Shown piece after piece: positions 23,039 through 44,951 of a stretch of DNA of 64,000 bases. The translations under genes and the position numbers were made by a program. The stretch comes from the human T2T-CHM13v2.0 reference genome, Homo sapiens: NCBI RefSeq assembly GCF_009914755.1, contig NC_060947.1, one strand, 5' to 3'. Each line of letters begins with the position of its first letter. Positions within the stretch are counted from its first letter, which is position 1. The notes under the pieces were generated by a model. That model worked only from the letters and a program-made list of their open reading frames with translations, did not search any database and was not told the DNA's origin.

Positions 23039-24613
23039 GTAAATTGTTACTGGTAGACTGGGGTGCTGCTATAAGGATACCCGAAAATGTGGAAGTGACT
23101 TTGGAACTGGGTAATGGGCAGAGGTTGGAACAGTTTGGAGGGCTCAGAAGAAGACAGGAAAATATGGGAAATTTTGGAACTTCCTAGAGACTTAGAGGGC
23201 TCAGAAGACAGGAAGATGTGGGAAAGTTTGAAACTTCCTGCAGACTTGTTGAATGGCTTTGACCAAAATGCTGATAGTGATAGGGACAATGAAGTCCAGG
23301 TTGAGGTGGTCTCAAATGGAGACGAGGAACTTGTTGGGAACTGGAACAAAGGTGACTTTTGTTATGCTTTAGCAAAGAGGCTGGCAGTATTTTGCCCCTG
23401 CCCTAGAGATCTGTGGAACTTTGAACTTGAGAGAAATGGTTTGGAATTGGAACTTAGGTTTGAAAGGGAAGCAGAGCATAAAAGTTTGGAAAATTTGCAG
23501 CCTGATGATGTGATAGAAAAGAAAAACACATTTTCTGAGGAGAAATTCAAGCAAGCTGCAGAAATTTGCATAAGTAACAAGGAGCCAAATGTTAATTGCC
23601 AAGGCAGGGGGAAAATGTCTCCAGGGCCTGTCAGAACTCTTCAAGGCAGCCCCTCCCATCACAGGCCCAAAGCCTAGGAGGGAAAAATGGTTTCCTAGTC
23701 TGGGCCCAGCTTCCCCTGCTCTATGTAGCCTCAGGACATGGTGCCTTGTGTCCCAGCTGCTTCACCTCCAACCAGGGCTAAAAGGGGCCAAGGTACAGCT
23801 CTGGCCATTGCTTCAGAGAGTGCAAGATCCAAGCCTTGGTAGCTTCCACATGGTGTTGGTCCTGCAGGTGCACAGAAGACAGGAACTGAGGCTTGGGAAC
23901 CTCTGCCTAGATTTCAGAGGATAAATGGAAATGTCTGAATGTCCAGGCAGAATTCTGCTGCAGGAGTGAAGTCCTCGTGGAGAACCTATGTTAGGGCAGT
24001 ACAGAAGGGAAAGGTGGGGTCAGAGCCCCTATACAGAGTCCCCACTGGGACACTGCTTGGTGGAGCTGTGAGATGAGGGCTACCATCCTCCAGACCCCAG
24101 AATGGTAGATCCACTGACAGCTTGCACCGAGCACCTGGAAAAGCTGCAGACACTCAATGGCAGCCTGTAAAAGCAGCCAGGAGGGGAGCTGTACCCTGCA
24201 AAGCCACAGGGGCAGAGCTGCCCAAGGCTGTGGGAGCCTGCCTCTTGCATCAGCATGACCTGGATGTGCAACATGGAGTCAAAGGAGATCATTTCAGAGC
24301 TTTAAAATTTGACTACCCCACTGGATTTTGGACTTGCATGGGGTCTGTCGCCCCTTTGTTTTAGCCAATTTCTCCCATCTGGAATGGGTGTATTTACCCA
24401 ATGCCTGTACCCCCATTGTATCAAGGAAGTAACTAACTTGCTTTTGATTTTACAGGCTCATAGGTGAAAGGGACTTGGCTTGTCTCAGATGAGACTTTGG
24501 ACTTGGACTTTTGAGTTAATGCTGGAATGAGTTAAGACTTTGGTGGACTGTAGGAAGGGCTGATTGTGTTTTGGAATGTGAGGACCTGAGATTTGGGAGG
24601 GGCCAGGGCGGAA
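23039..24613 (+). mobile_element. THE1-int internal region (~1.6 kb) with a 187-codon remnant of the MaLR gag-like ORF (23114-23677)
   Basis: Typical THE1-int sequence (GAAAATGTGGAAGTGACTTTGGAACTGGGTAA...). Purine tract GGGAGGGGCCAGGGCGGAA precedes the 3' LTR. Confidence 0.9.
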
Positions 24614-25191
<578 letters not shown>

Positions 25192-25421
25192 TGATCCACC
25201 CACCTTGGCCTCCCAAAGTGCTGGGATTACAGGCTTGAGCCACCATGCCCGGCCGGGAGTCATTGTTTAATGGGGACAGAGTTTCAGTTTGGGATGGTGA
25301 AAAAGTTCTGGTAATAGATGGTGATAGTTGCACAACAATGTGAATGTACTTAATACCACTGAATTGTACACATGAAAATTATTACAACGGTAAATTTTGT
25401 TATGTACATTTCATCATACTA

Positions 25422-25592
<171 letters not shown>

Positions 25593-26470
25593 TTAGCGGG
25601 GTGTGGTGGCGGGCGCCTGTAATTCCAGCTACTTGGGAGGCTGAGACAGGAGAATCACTTGAACCTGGGAGGCGGAGGGTACAGAGAGCTGAGCTCACCT
25701 CTCACCCCGGCCTGGGTGACAGAGTGAGACTCTGTCTCAAAAAATAAAATAAATAAATAAATAGCCAAAGAATACATTGCTTATGTGTGTGTGTAAACTA
25801 CCAACTTTAAGATGGTGGCTTACGGTCTCTGTTTTACCAAAAACCATCTTAAACATTCCCTCCAATTTCAGCAAAAATATGTGTGTGTGTAAATGTCCAG
25901 TATAAGATCTGAAAGGAAATTTACATTATCAGTACTAATTTACCTCTGAGAAAAGCAATGGATTGGTTAGGGAAGCCCTTGACTTTTTACCCTGTAAACT
26001 CATATGGAGGGAGAGAAGGAGCAGAGATGGAGTACTGTAGCTCCAACCTTTTCTTTCCTTTTTAATTTTTGAGAAAAGAAACAAAATAGCAAGGAAACAA
26101 AATATAAAGTTAAAAAGTAGAATTATATAGATGTGTGGATTTTGTGTATGACAAAAAGGCATTTTAGTCATTTTTAGGTGCAATAATGATATATGGTTAT
26201 TTATTTAAAGCATCTTTATCTTTTAGAGAAACATACTAAAACATTTACAAATGAAATAAAATGCCTGGGATTGGCTTCAAATTAATATAGGAGTCGGGCA
26301 GGGAGGTACAGACGAAACGAGACTGGGAATGAGTTGATAGTTGGTGGTTAGGTAATGGATATATATGGCGATTAATTATACTGTTTTCTCTACTTTTGTA
26401 TGTTTGAAATTTTCCACACAAAAAAGTTTCTTTTTGAGGGAAAAAATTGTAAACATAAAAAACAAAACTA

Positions 26471-26812
<342 letters not shown>

Positions 26813-27115
26813 TTATTTAAATCTTGGTGTTGGAAATCAAAAATCCAGGAGCTGCAAAGAAAAAAGATTTACAGATTAAGCAACATAATTTTACATTTAT
26901 ATATGGCAAAAGAGACTAAAAATAAAATTGAAAAACAAGAACAACAGATTAGGAAAAAATATGTTTAAAACATACAATAGACAAAAGATTAAAATCTCAC
27001 TGTTATAACAGTTCCTGTAGGTTATTAATTTAAAAAAACTAGAAAAAAATGAACAAGATACATTAACCAGCAACTCAGAAGAGAGGATATATAAATGATG
27101 AATGCATATACAGTA

Positions 27116-27689
<574 letters not shown>

Positions 27690-27883
27690 TATAAAAATAA
27701 GCTCTAGGCCAGGCGCAGTGGCTCACGCCTCTAATCCCAGCACTTTGGGAGGCCGAGGCGGGCAGATCACTTGAGGTCAGGAGTTTGAGATCAGCCTGGC
27801 CAACATGATGAAACCCCATCTCTACTAAAACTACAAAAAATTAGCCAGGTGTGGTGGCACACTCCTGTAATTCCAGCTACTCA

Positions 27884-28045
<162 letters not shown>

Positions 28046-28269
28046 CTAATTTAGTAATATATAATCAGCAAAATGAAAATTAAAAGAATGAGGTATCATT
28101 TTTCACCACTAAATTGGTGAAAATGGGCTGGGCGCGGTGGCTCACGCCTGTAATCCCAGCACTTGGAGAGGCCGAGGCAGGTGGATTGCCTGAGCTCAGG
28201 AGTGCGAGATAAGCCTGGGCAACACGGTGAAACCCAGCCTAGGCAACACGGTGAAACCCGTCTCTACTA

Positions 28270-28518
<249 letters not shown>

Positions 28519-29394
28519 TTACATACTTTTGGTAGAAATAATAATTGATACGGGCTTTTTGGTAGGCAATTCTAAATGATAATTAAAATATAAAGTATAC
28601 ATACCCTTTGACCCAGCAATTTTACATCTAGGAATCTACCACACTGGAACAGTCACACATTTGTACAAAAGTACATGTGCAAGGATGTTTACTACATCAT
28701 TGTTGGTAATAATAAATAACTGAAAATATCTCAAATATCAGTCGAAGTGGTAATGGTAATGTACAGTACATTCATACTATGAAATACCACACAGCCTGTG
28801 AAAAAAACGAGCTCAACATGAACAGATCTCCAAGATATATTGTTAAATTAAAATAATTTTAGACTAACCTATATAGTGTGATTTTATAAATATGATACTC
28901 CTTAATTTCCTCAGCATTACCCATCCTTACACAAATAAATTATTACTCATCCTTACACAAATGAATCCCTGCTACTGCTACACATCGTGGAGAATCTTGG
29001 CGCATGATCCAAAATGACTCATCCCAGAGCATGCTGCATTGAATTGCCCACATGAGAAGCTCTGTCATTAATCAATGTCTGAAAATTGAAGGGTCTATCT
29101 CTGAGACTTCTGACTTTAATATCTTTGTTTTCTCTGAACACACTCTGTTAATACATATGTATGTCTTTCTTGTCTAGCCCATTTCTCACAGGTCCACTGA
29201 CATATTACTTCGGCTCTTCTGAAAGATGACTGCTTTATGTTTTTGAGGTACCAGTGCTCTCTACCATGAATTTCAGGTATGCTCCATGGCCTATGTTTTA
29301 CCTTAGATCATCTTTTTTTTCTTTTTCCTTCCACAGGACTGCCAAGTCCGAAACTTTAGACCATCTTAAATATTGCTTCCAATTTTAGTAAAAA

Positions 29395-29434
29395 TGTGTA
29401 TGTATGTATGTGTGTGTGTATGTGTGTGTGTGTG
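29395..29434. repeat. (TATG)n/(TG)n microsatellite; others: (TA)n ~2695-2732, poly(A) 42674-42693, A/(GA)n 47130-47164, (TG)n 47468-47494
   Basis: Directly visible simple repeats. Confidence 0.9.
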
Positions 29435-29878
29435 CAAAATGCTCAGTAAAATATCTGAAGGAAAACTCATCATATTATTATCAGCAGGTAATTGCTCCTG
29501 AGTAAAAAAATGGGATTAGTGGGAGAATGAAAGTGAGAATTTCACTTTTTACCTTATAAACTTATATATATGGCACAATCTCGGCTCACTGCAACCTCCA
29601 CCTCCTGGGTTCAAGTGATTCTCCTGACTCAGCCTCCCTAGTACCTGAGATTATAGGCACACACCACCATGCCCAGCTAATTTTTGTATTTTCAGTAGAG
29701 ACGGGGTTTCACCATGTTGGCCAGGCTGGTCTCGAACTCCTGGCCTCATGTGATCTGCCTGCCTCAGCCTCCTAGACTGCTGGGATTACAGGCGTGAGCC
29801 ACTTTGACTGGCCTAAACTTCAGTATTATTAGATTAAAAATAAGCATACACTCATAAAAATAAAATATAATATATTTA

Positions 29879-30171
<293 letters not shown>

Positions 30172-30273
30172 TCAAAAAATAAAATAAAATAAAATAAAAT
30201 AAAATAAGCATACACTTATGTAAATAAAATATAACATACAATATTATAGAATTGTACTAAATTTCCAATTTTA

Positions 30274-30621
<348 letters not shown>

Positions 30622-30707
30622 TTAAGACTCTGCTACTTTTGACTTCAGGCAAGTCTTCCTCTCAAAAGCCTTTGTTCTACCTCTGGACACCTCCACAGAA
30701 TTGCCTA

Positions 30708-31180
30708 TATTACTTCAGATAAATGTTGCAAGCAATAGAACATCCTGACTCAAAACGCATAAGCAATAAGGGTTTATTATCCCCCATAACAAGGAGTCTA
30801 GAGATAAGCAAGTTCTGGGGTTAGTTAATAAATAATTCTGTCAACACTGTCAAGGACACATATGCTTCCCACCTCTCCCTTCTGCTGGCTTTGCCCTCAG
30901 GTTACCTCGCCACAGGGCTGCAGGATAGTTACCAAGATCTGGATATCACACCCAGAAATGACATGTTCAGAGGAAGAAAGAGGGGCATCTAGTACTATTG
31001 TCTTTTTCTTAGGAGCCAGGAAACCTTTCCCAGGAACTTCCAGTAGACTTTCTCTAGCATATCGTTTGCCAGATGTTGGTTAGTTGCCCATTCCTAAACC
31101 AGTCATTGGCAAGGGGCTCCTGTTAAAAGGTAGACAGGAGGGAGTGAATACAGGATAGGAGCTCCACACTGTTTGCCACA
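30708..31180 (-). mobile_element. Old MLT1 (J/K-like) LTR
   Basis: TTGCAAGCAATAGAACATCCTGACTCAAA...AATAAGGGTTTATT, CCCATTCCTAAACCAGTCATTGGCAAGGGG, and an end at TGTTTGCCACA. Confidence 0.6.
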
Positions 31181-32459
31181 ATGGCCTGGGGCCTCTCAAT
31201 CTCATCCTGTTCCAAATTGTACTCCTCGTTCATCTTTCATGCTGGATCTGATCTCCCTCGTACATTTCTTATTTCAGGGAATGGTATCATTAGCTGCCCA
31301 GGCGCCCAAGTCAGAAACCAGCAAGTGATCATGATATTTCTCCTTTCTCCTCCCTTCTTAATCTGTTAGAAATTCTTGTCGATTATACCTTCTTCATCAC
31401 TCTTGATTTTGTCTCTTTTTTTATTCATCCTGCGGTTGCTGCTTTTTTGTCTAATTCCATATTATCTCCCACCAAAACCATCTTATTGGTATCTTTTAAA
31501 AACATATAGTTTTCTAATTATAAACTGTTACGTATCTATTATATATATGTGGGAGAAATCCAGAAAATACAAAGCTTCTACAATAACGCTGCTCAGAGAC
31601 AATGATTGTGGACATTTTTGTGTATTTCCTTCTTCGCTTTCTTCTATTCGTGAATCTACATATATAGATAGATATTACTTTATTTTATAAATTGAGATTA
31701 AACTCTTTTATAGTATTTTTCTTAACAAAATATTGTGAATTTTTCTTTGTATCCATAAATATTCTTCTAGGTTATCATTTTAAGATCTGCATTATATTTT
31801 ACCCTATGGAGGTGTTGTATTATAGTTAAACAAGCCCTTATTGCTAGATTAGGTTTTTTCCAATTTTTTATATCATAAATAATACTTACAATAAAGGTGT
31901 TGGTAGGTAAATCTCTTGCAAACATTTGTAAGGGTTTCCCTAGAATAAATAAATTACCAGCAGAGAAACTGCTAGCTCAAAGCATATGTACATTTTTCCC
32001 CATTCATTTTTATTAAGAAATGTTTCAAGCAGTCCTAACAGTCTACTGGATATGATAATAAATACCCATATACCCAACATGCAGTTTGTCAGACCTTAAC
32101 ATTTTGCCATATTTGCTTTAGATCTATTTTATTAATGAAATAAAGTATTAAGACATATTGAAACATCCTATCTAGCCCTCCCAGAGCCCATCTTTCCCTA
32201 GAGGAATCATATCCGCAATTTGGTGTTCCTCAGACCCATGCAGGGTTTTTAACTTTTGCTATATATTATACATGTATATGCATATGCATGCATAAACAAT
32301 ATATAGTACTGTTCTTCTTGTCTTTAAACTTCTTACTGCACATATTCTCCTGTGATTTGCTCTTTTTCTACAGCATTACACTTTTGAGGCTTACAGGTTT
32401 ACACATGTAGCTCTAGTTCATTTATTTTCATAGCTGTTTGTGTGGTGTTCATTATATGA

Positions 32460-32756
<297 letters not shown>

Positions 32757-33110
32757 TGACCTTGTGATCCACCCCCCCTCCCCTTGACCTCCCAAAGTGT
32801 TGGGATTACAGGCGTGAGCCACTGTTCCTGGCCCACTTTTTCACTATTATAGGCAACATTGCTATAAACATTCTTGTAAATGTCTTCTTGTGTATATGAG
32901 CAAGAGTTTCTAACTGGGGTGGAGCTGCTGGGGGATAGAGTATGTGCACTGTCAGTTTACTGGATATTGCCAAATTGGTAGTACCCTCCTTATTCTCCCA
33001 CCAAGGCCATAAGAGTTTTTGTTGATTTATATGATCATCACATGGTTTGGCCGGTGTTGCTGTACCCCACCTTCAAATCTGACAGTGCATAAGAGTACCC
33101 ATTTCTCTGA

Positions 33111-33338
<228 letters not shown>

Positions 33339-33673
33339 TAGTAGAGATGGGTTTTGCCATGTTGCCCAGGCTGGTCTCAAACTCCTGAACTTAGGTGATC
33401 AGCCTGCCTTGGCCTCCCAAAGTGCTGAGATTACAGATGTGAGCCACTGCGTCCGGCCCAACTTTGTTAATTTTATTGGCAAAAAAGAAAATAGTATTTG
33501 TTGATAACATTTAAGAACACTTGGATTCTTTCTTTTTTCTCATTACAAAATAGCACACATTATTTTAGAAAATTTGAAAATATAAGGGCCGGGTGCAGTG
33601 GCTCACGCCTGTAATCCGAGCACTTTGGGAGGCCAAGGCAGGTGGATCACTTGAGGTCAGGAGTTTGAGACTA

Positions 33674-33865
<192 letters not shown>

Positions 33866-34019
33866 TCAAAAAAAAAAAAAAGAAAAGAAAGAAAAGAAAA
33901 TTTGAAAATATAGACAAGTGAAAAAAAAGGAGGATTCCCTTGAATCCTACCACTCAAATATAATACTAAATAGTATCTAGCATTCACAAAAATGATACGT
34001 GAGGTGATAGATATGTTAA

Positions 34020-34565
<546 letters not shown>

Positions 34566-34667
34566 TAAGACGGAGTTTCGCTCTTGTTGCCCAGGCTGGA
34601 TTGCGATGGTGAGATTTCAGCTCACCGCAACCTACGTCTTTGGAGTTCAAGCGATTCTCCTGCCTGA

Positions 34668-34853
<186 letters not shown>

Positions 34854-36818
34854 TAAAATTTTTTTAAAAGTTTTTTATAGAGACGGGGTCTCCCTGTGTT
34901 ACCTACCATGCCCAGCTCAATTTGTCATTTGTCAATTTAAATAAATAAAATTCTGTCTTAATTTGAATTAATCATACAGATTGCGGTTAAAACCGACAAT
35001 GAAAAAAACTTTAACAAATTGAATTCTTACTCCATAACTAGAGCTGCTTCAGATACCTAATATTTCCATAAATAGGATTCATAGCTAGGTGTTTAATATA
35101 TACGATATGTACATGTAATGACAAATACCCACACATATATATTTTGCCTTTACAAAAATGTATCTAGTCTGTTATAAACTGTTTTTTTTTTTCACCTAAC
35201 AAATAAGCAACAATCATTTTCTCATGTTATTTGTATTCAGGACTAGAGGGTGTTATTTAAAGACTTCCATATTCATATCCATCTGTCTCCCCACTCACCG
35301 TCCATAAACCAAGGACCAGGCTGAGCCCAGCAACAAGTCCTAGTGGAGCTGGCTTCCTGCCGGCTCTATATGTTGTTGCAACTGACCCAGCCCCTCCTCT
35401 GAAATTCACACATAACCCTCCCTTGATCATTACTCAGGGAGGCCAACTGCCACCTCTGCCTTAGGGCCTTCTGCTGGGCAACTCCCATCTTACCTGTCTG
35501 TTGGACAGCATAACATGCAGCTCCCTTTAGTTACATGGCTCTCCTGTGCCCTCACCCTATACACCTTCAGGTTTTCTCCTTACCGCCACCCTCCAATTTA
35601 AATGTATTACCTGCAACCTCAACCTCTTGCCTTAACTCTCCTTTCAGGACATCAAACTCTCCAGAGCCTGATCCATAGGAAGTTTGGTATTCCATCCTCT
35701 TATGTGGCCTAGCCCATGTATACATTTGATTAGGTGAAATATATTTGGATTTGATCCAGCTTCCATGTCAGGAAAGAGTCTGTAACAGATGTATCTCATT
35801 GCTCACCTAGACTACTGCAATAGTTCTCACTCCCTCTAGTATTGCCATTCTTCTCACTTCGCCCCTTCTCTCTACAAATTCATCCACATAGCTGTCAGTG
35901 AGCTTCCTAAAATTCTATTCTGATGATGCCATTTCCCTGCATAAAATACTTGTGTGTTGCCAGCTGCAGTGGCTCATGTGTGTAATCCCAGCACTTTGGG
36001 AGGCCGAGGTGGGTGGATCACGAGGTCAGGAGTTCAAGACCAGCCTGGCCAAGATGGTGAAACCCTGTCTCTACTAAAAATACAAAAATTAGGGCTGGGC
36101 ACGGTGGCTCACGCCTGTAATCCCAGCACTTTGGGAGGCTGAGGCGGGCGGATCACAAGGTCAGGAGATCGAGACCATCCTGGCTAACACGGTGAAACCC
36201 CGTCTCTACTAAAAATACAAAAAATTAGCTGGGCGTGGTGGTGCGTGCCTGTAATCCCAGCTACTCAGGAGGCTGAAGCAGAGAATTGTTTGAACCCGGC
36301 AGGCGGAAGTTGCAGTGAGCCAAGATCACGCCACTGCACTCCAGGCTGGGTGACAGAGCGAGATTCCGTCTCAAAACAAAACAAAACAAAACAAAACAAA
36401 AAAAAACAAAAACTCATGTGTCACCTGACCTACAGGATCAAGCCCAAGTCCCTGCTTAAAGGCCCTCTGGGATCTCTAGCCAACCTTCCTATGACTTCTA
36501 CAGCTTCACTCTGTATACACTAGCAATTCTGAGTTGTTCTTTGTCCTTCTGACAGTATTTCATACCTATATACCTTTGCATATGCTTCCCTTTCTGTCTA
36601 GGATATCCTTTCCTCTTTGACTGGAAAACTCCTTTTCATTCTTCAAAGTTCTATTCCAAAGATAGTCCTACAAACTCAAAGCACCACCTCACATACTCCT
36701 TATTAATTATTAATACAAAGAGGGCTAGGTGCGGTGGCTCACTCCTGTAATCCTAGCACTTTGGGAGGCCGAGGTGGGCACATCACTCGAGGTCAGGAGT
36801 TCAAAACCAGCCTGGTCA

Positions 36819-42020
<5,202 letters not shown>

Positions 42021-42855
42021 CAAAAAGACTTTTCCCAGTCACGTTTTCTATTAAGCCTTCCATGACATACACCTACTGCCCCTGGCCCCCAAACACTCAC
42101 CTAAAACAATGAATCATACCCTCTCTTCTGGACTCTTCCAAGGTTATCTATCTCTCTGACCAAAGTATAAGCTCTTGGAAATCAGGCCCTGTATTGTGAT
42201 GGATCTACACTGCTAGGACCATACCTGACACAGATTGGATGCTCAGTTGATCCCGTTTTTAAATTAATCAAGCTGAGTCTTGAAGCTCGGATAGAATTCA
42301 GGAAGCAGAGAGGAGTCAGGCTTCTCAAGAGAGAGGAATGGCATGAGCAAAGGTAAGGAAACAGGAATGTACATTTTGTATTTACCAAAAGCGTTTGCTT
42401 TGTTTGGTCAGAACTGAGGGTTTATATAGGTGAAAATGCCTAACACACTATAGATTCTTAATAAAAATCTGATGAATAAATGAATGAATGAGATTTGAAA
42501 GGCAGGCTTAGATTAGAAAGGGCTTTGACTACTGAATTGAGAAATTTGAACATTAACTAGTTCTTAACATCCAGGGTGTTTTCCCAGCGGTGGAAAGAGA
42601 GTGTGTTATTGGGCAAGTCCATTGCACATTTTCTTCACTAAATAACAAGGAAAATTGCCTCCATCAGTGTGTTAAAAAAAAAAAAAAAAAAAAGGAAAAG
42701 TAGAGACAAGTGGGATCTGAAAGTGACCTGCTTCCAAACTCAAGGGGAGAAAACGTTATCTATCCAGGAAAAGCTCCATAGCGGAATTTTAAAACATCCA
42801 ACATCCCTCAGACTAACAGGTGTCACAGAATATGAAGAATAAATAAATGAATCTA

Positions 42856-43232
<377 letters not shown>

Positions 43233-44699
43233 TTAATTGTACTTAGTTTTAAAGTTTAAGAAGTGTATACTTATGAAATAAGTAGACTCCAATACTAGTT
43301 TAGGGCCTCCACATTACTACATAGATTACAAAGCTTCTCCGTTAGCCCAGCTGAGCTGCCCCCAACAAACAGTTTTCATATTTATTTAGTATTCGTGTTC
43401 TATTTTCTTCCAGATAGCTTTGTGGGGACTGACAATTTAAGTAATGCAAAATAATTTGATTATGACAACTGAGAAAAGAAACGTGTGTTGTGTTTTGAGG
43501 TTATCATTTCCTTGACCATCATAAGCAGCCTGGTATCTATTTCATCTTTGTTCGTAATCACAGCACACCTTTGAACACATACCAAAATGATGATGGAATG
43601 AGAGCAAAGTATGTGAGTCAATTGGCTACTCTGTGAAACAATTTGTTAGTTTTAGGCTATAGTTCTTTTCAATTTTCAGCCAAATTCTATAAAAATCTTA
43701 GCTGGAAGGAAATGCAAATGTCAGGTTACATTTTAGAAATTAATTTTTGGGCTGAGTGCTGTGGCTCGTGCATGTAATCCCAGCACTTTGGGAGGCCGAG
43801 GCCGGTGGATCACCTGAGGTCAGGAGTTTGAGACCAGCCTGGCCAACATGGTGAAATCCTGTCTCTACTAAAAATACAAGAATTCGCCAGGTGTGGTGGT
43901 GCGTTCCTGTAATCCCAGCTACTCGGTAGGCTAAGGCACAAGAATCACTTGAACCCAGGAAGCAGAGGCCTGGGACTCTCCAGCCTGGGTGACAGAGCAA
44001 AACTGTCTCAATTTTTGGCCCAATTACCATGTAGCATTAACTTGTTTCAGAATGTTTAATATTACTGGGAAGACAGCATCGGTAGTGGTCAAAGTGATTT
44101 GTAGTTCACAAAGCATGTAGGCATTTTTTTTTGAAGAAAGTAAACAAAATAATTTGAACTGTTGTTTCAGGTAATAAAATAGACTCATGCGGTAAGTCAT
44201 TTGAGCTGTATGTACAAATGGACTATGACACAGCTAAATTAGTCACAACTGTCCACCACAGGCCAACTTCAAGATAAAGGGCTATATATCAGTTAGCAAT
44301 GCTCTCTTACAACCAGCCCTGATGTGTTTGTAAGCAGGAAAATAATTTTATGGTTACAATCAACAAAGAAGTATCAGGCCAGTCCACCAAGCCCAGCCAA
44401 ATCCCATATCTCGCTCCAGTTTTATAGAGATTAGCATATCACATGAGCCAAATGCTGTTCCCCAACTTAGAATGTGATATTGCTATTTTGCAGGGAAAGT
44501 GTAAGCCCTGTTCTGCAACACTGATGAAATAGAAGTATTCATAGATCTTGTTTAACGTGGTCCAATAATTGAAACATAAAATAGATATCTTGTAACAGAA
44601 CATTTTTAAAAGTCAAGAAAGATAAGAATTAGGCCTTGGAAAATAAATGACTATGAAGAAAGATAAAAAGAAAAGAGACTGGGGTGTCTCTGAAGACCC

Positions 44700-44951
44700 T
44701 GCTTAGAGGCCCTGTCCTCCTTGCGGCAAGCGGCCATTGCCATGGAAACCGGAGCCGCAGGGCTATCTGTCCGGGATTGTGACGCCCAGATGGGAGTGGT
44801 GAGAGGAGACAGAAAGAGGGTGGTGGCCGATAGCTGGTCCTCTTTCTCCAACACCTAGCCTGAGACTTGGCGGCGCGGCTGCTATCCTGAACTAGCTTGG
44901 TAAGTGTTGTGTCCCGAACCAGCGTAGAGAGACCTCGGACCAGCCGCCTTG
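44700..44951 (+). promoter_or_regulatory. DUSP21 proximal promoter / 5' UTR (GC- and CpG-rich) with X-box and CRE half-site
   Basis: Abrupt change from AT-rich to GC/CpG-rich sequence near 44700. ATTGCCATGGAAAC at 44736-44749 (RFX X-box-like) and TGACG at 44780-44784. The exact TSS cannot be determined from sequence. Confidence 0.7.

Noticed and set aside
44790-44858. 22-codon upstream ORF before DUSP21
   Set aside because: Its AUG is only a few bases from the CRE half-site and may lie upstream of the TSS. It cannot be supported without TSS data.
44949-44951. ORF-track start giving a 191-aa DUSP21
   Set aside because: The codon is TTG. The first ATG is at 44952, giving 190 aa.
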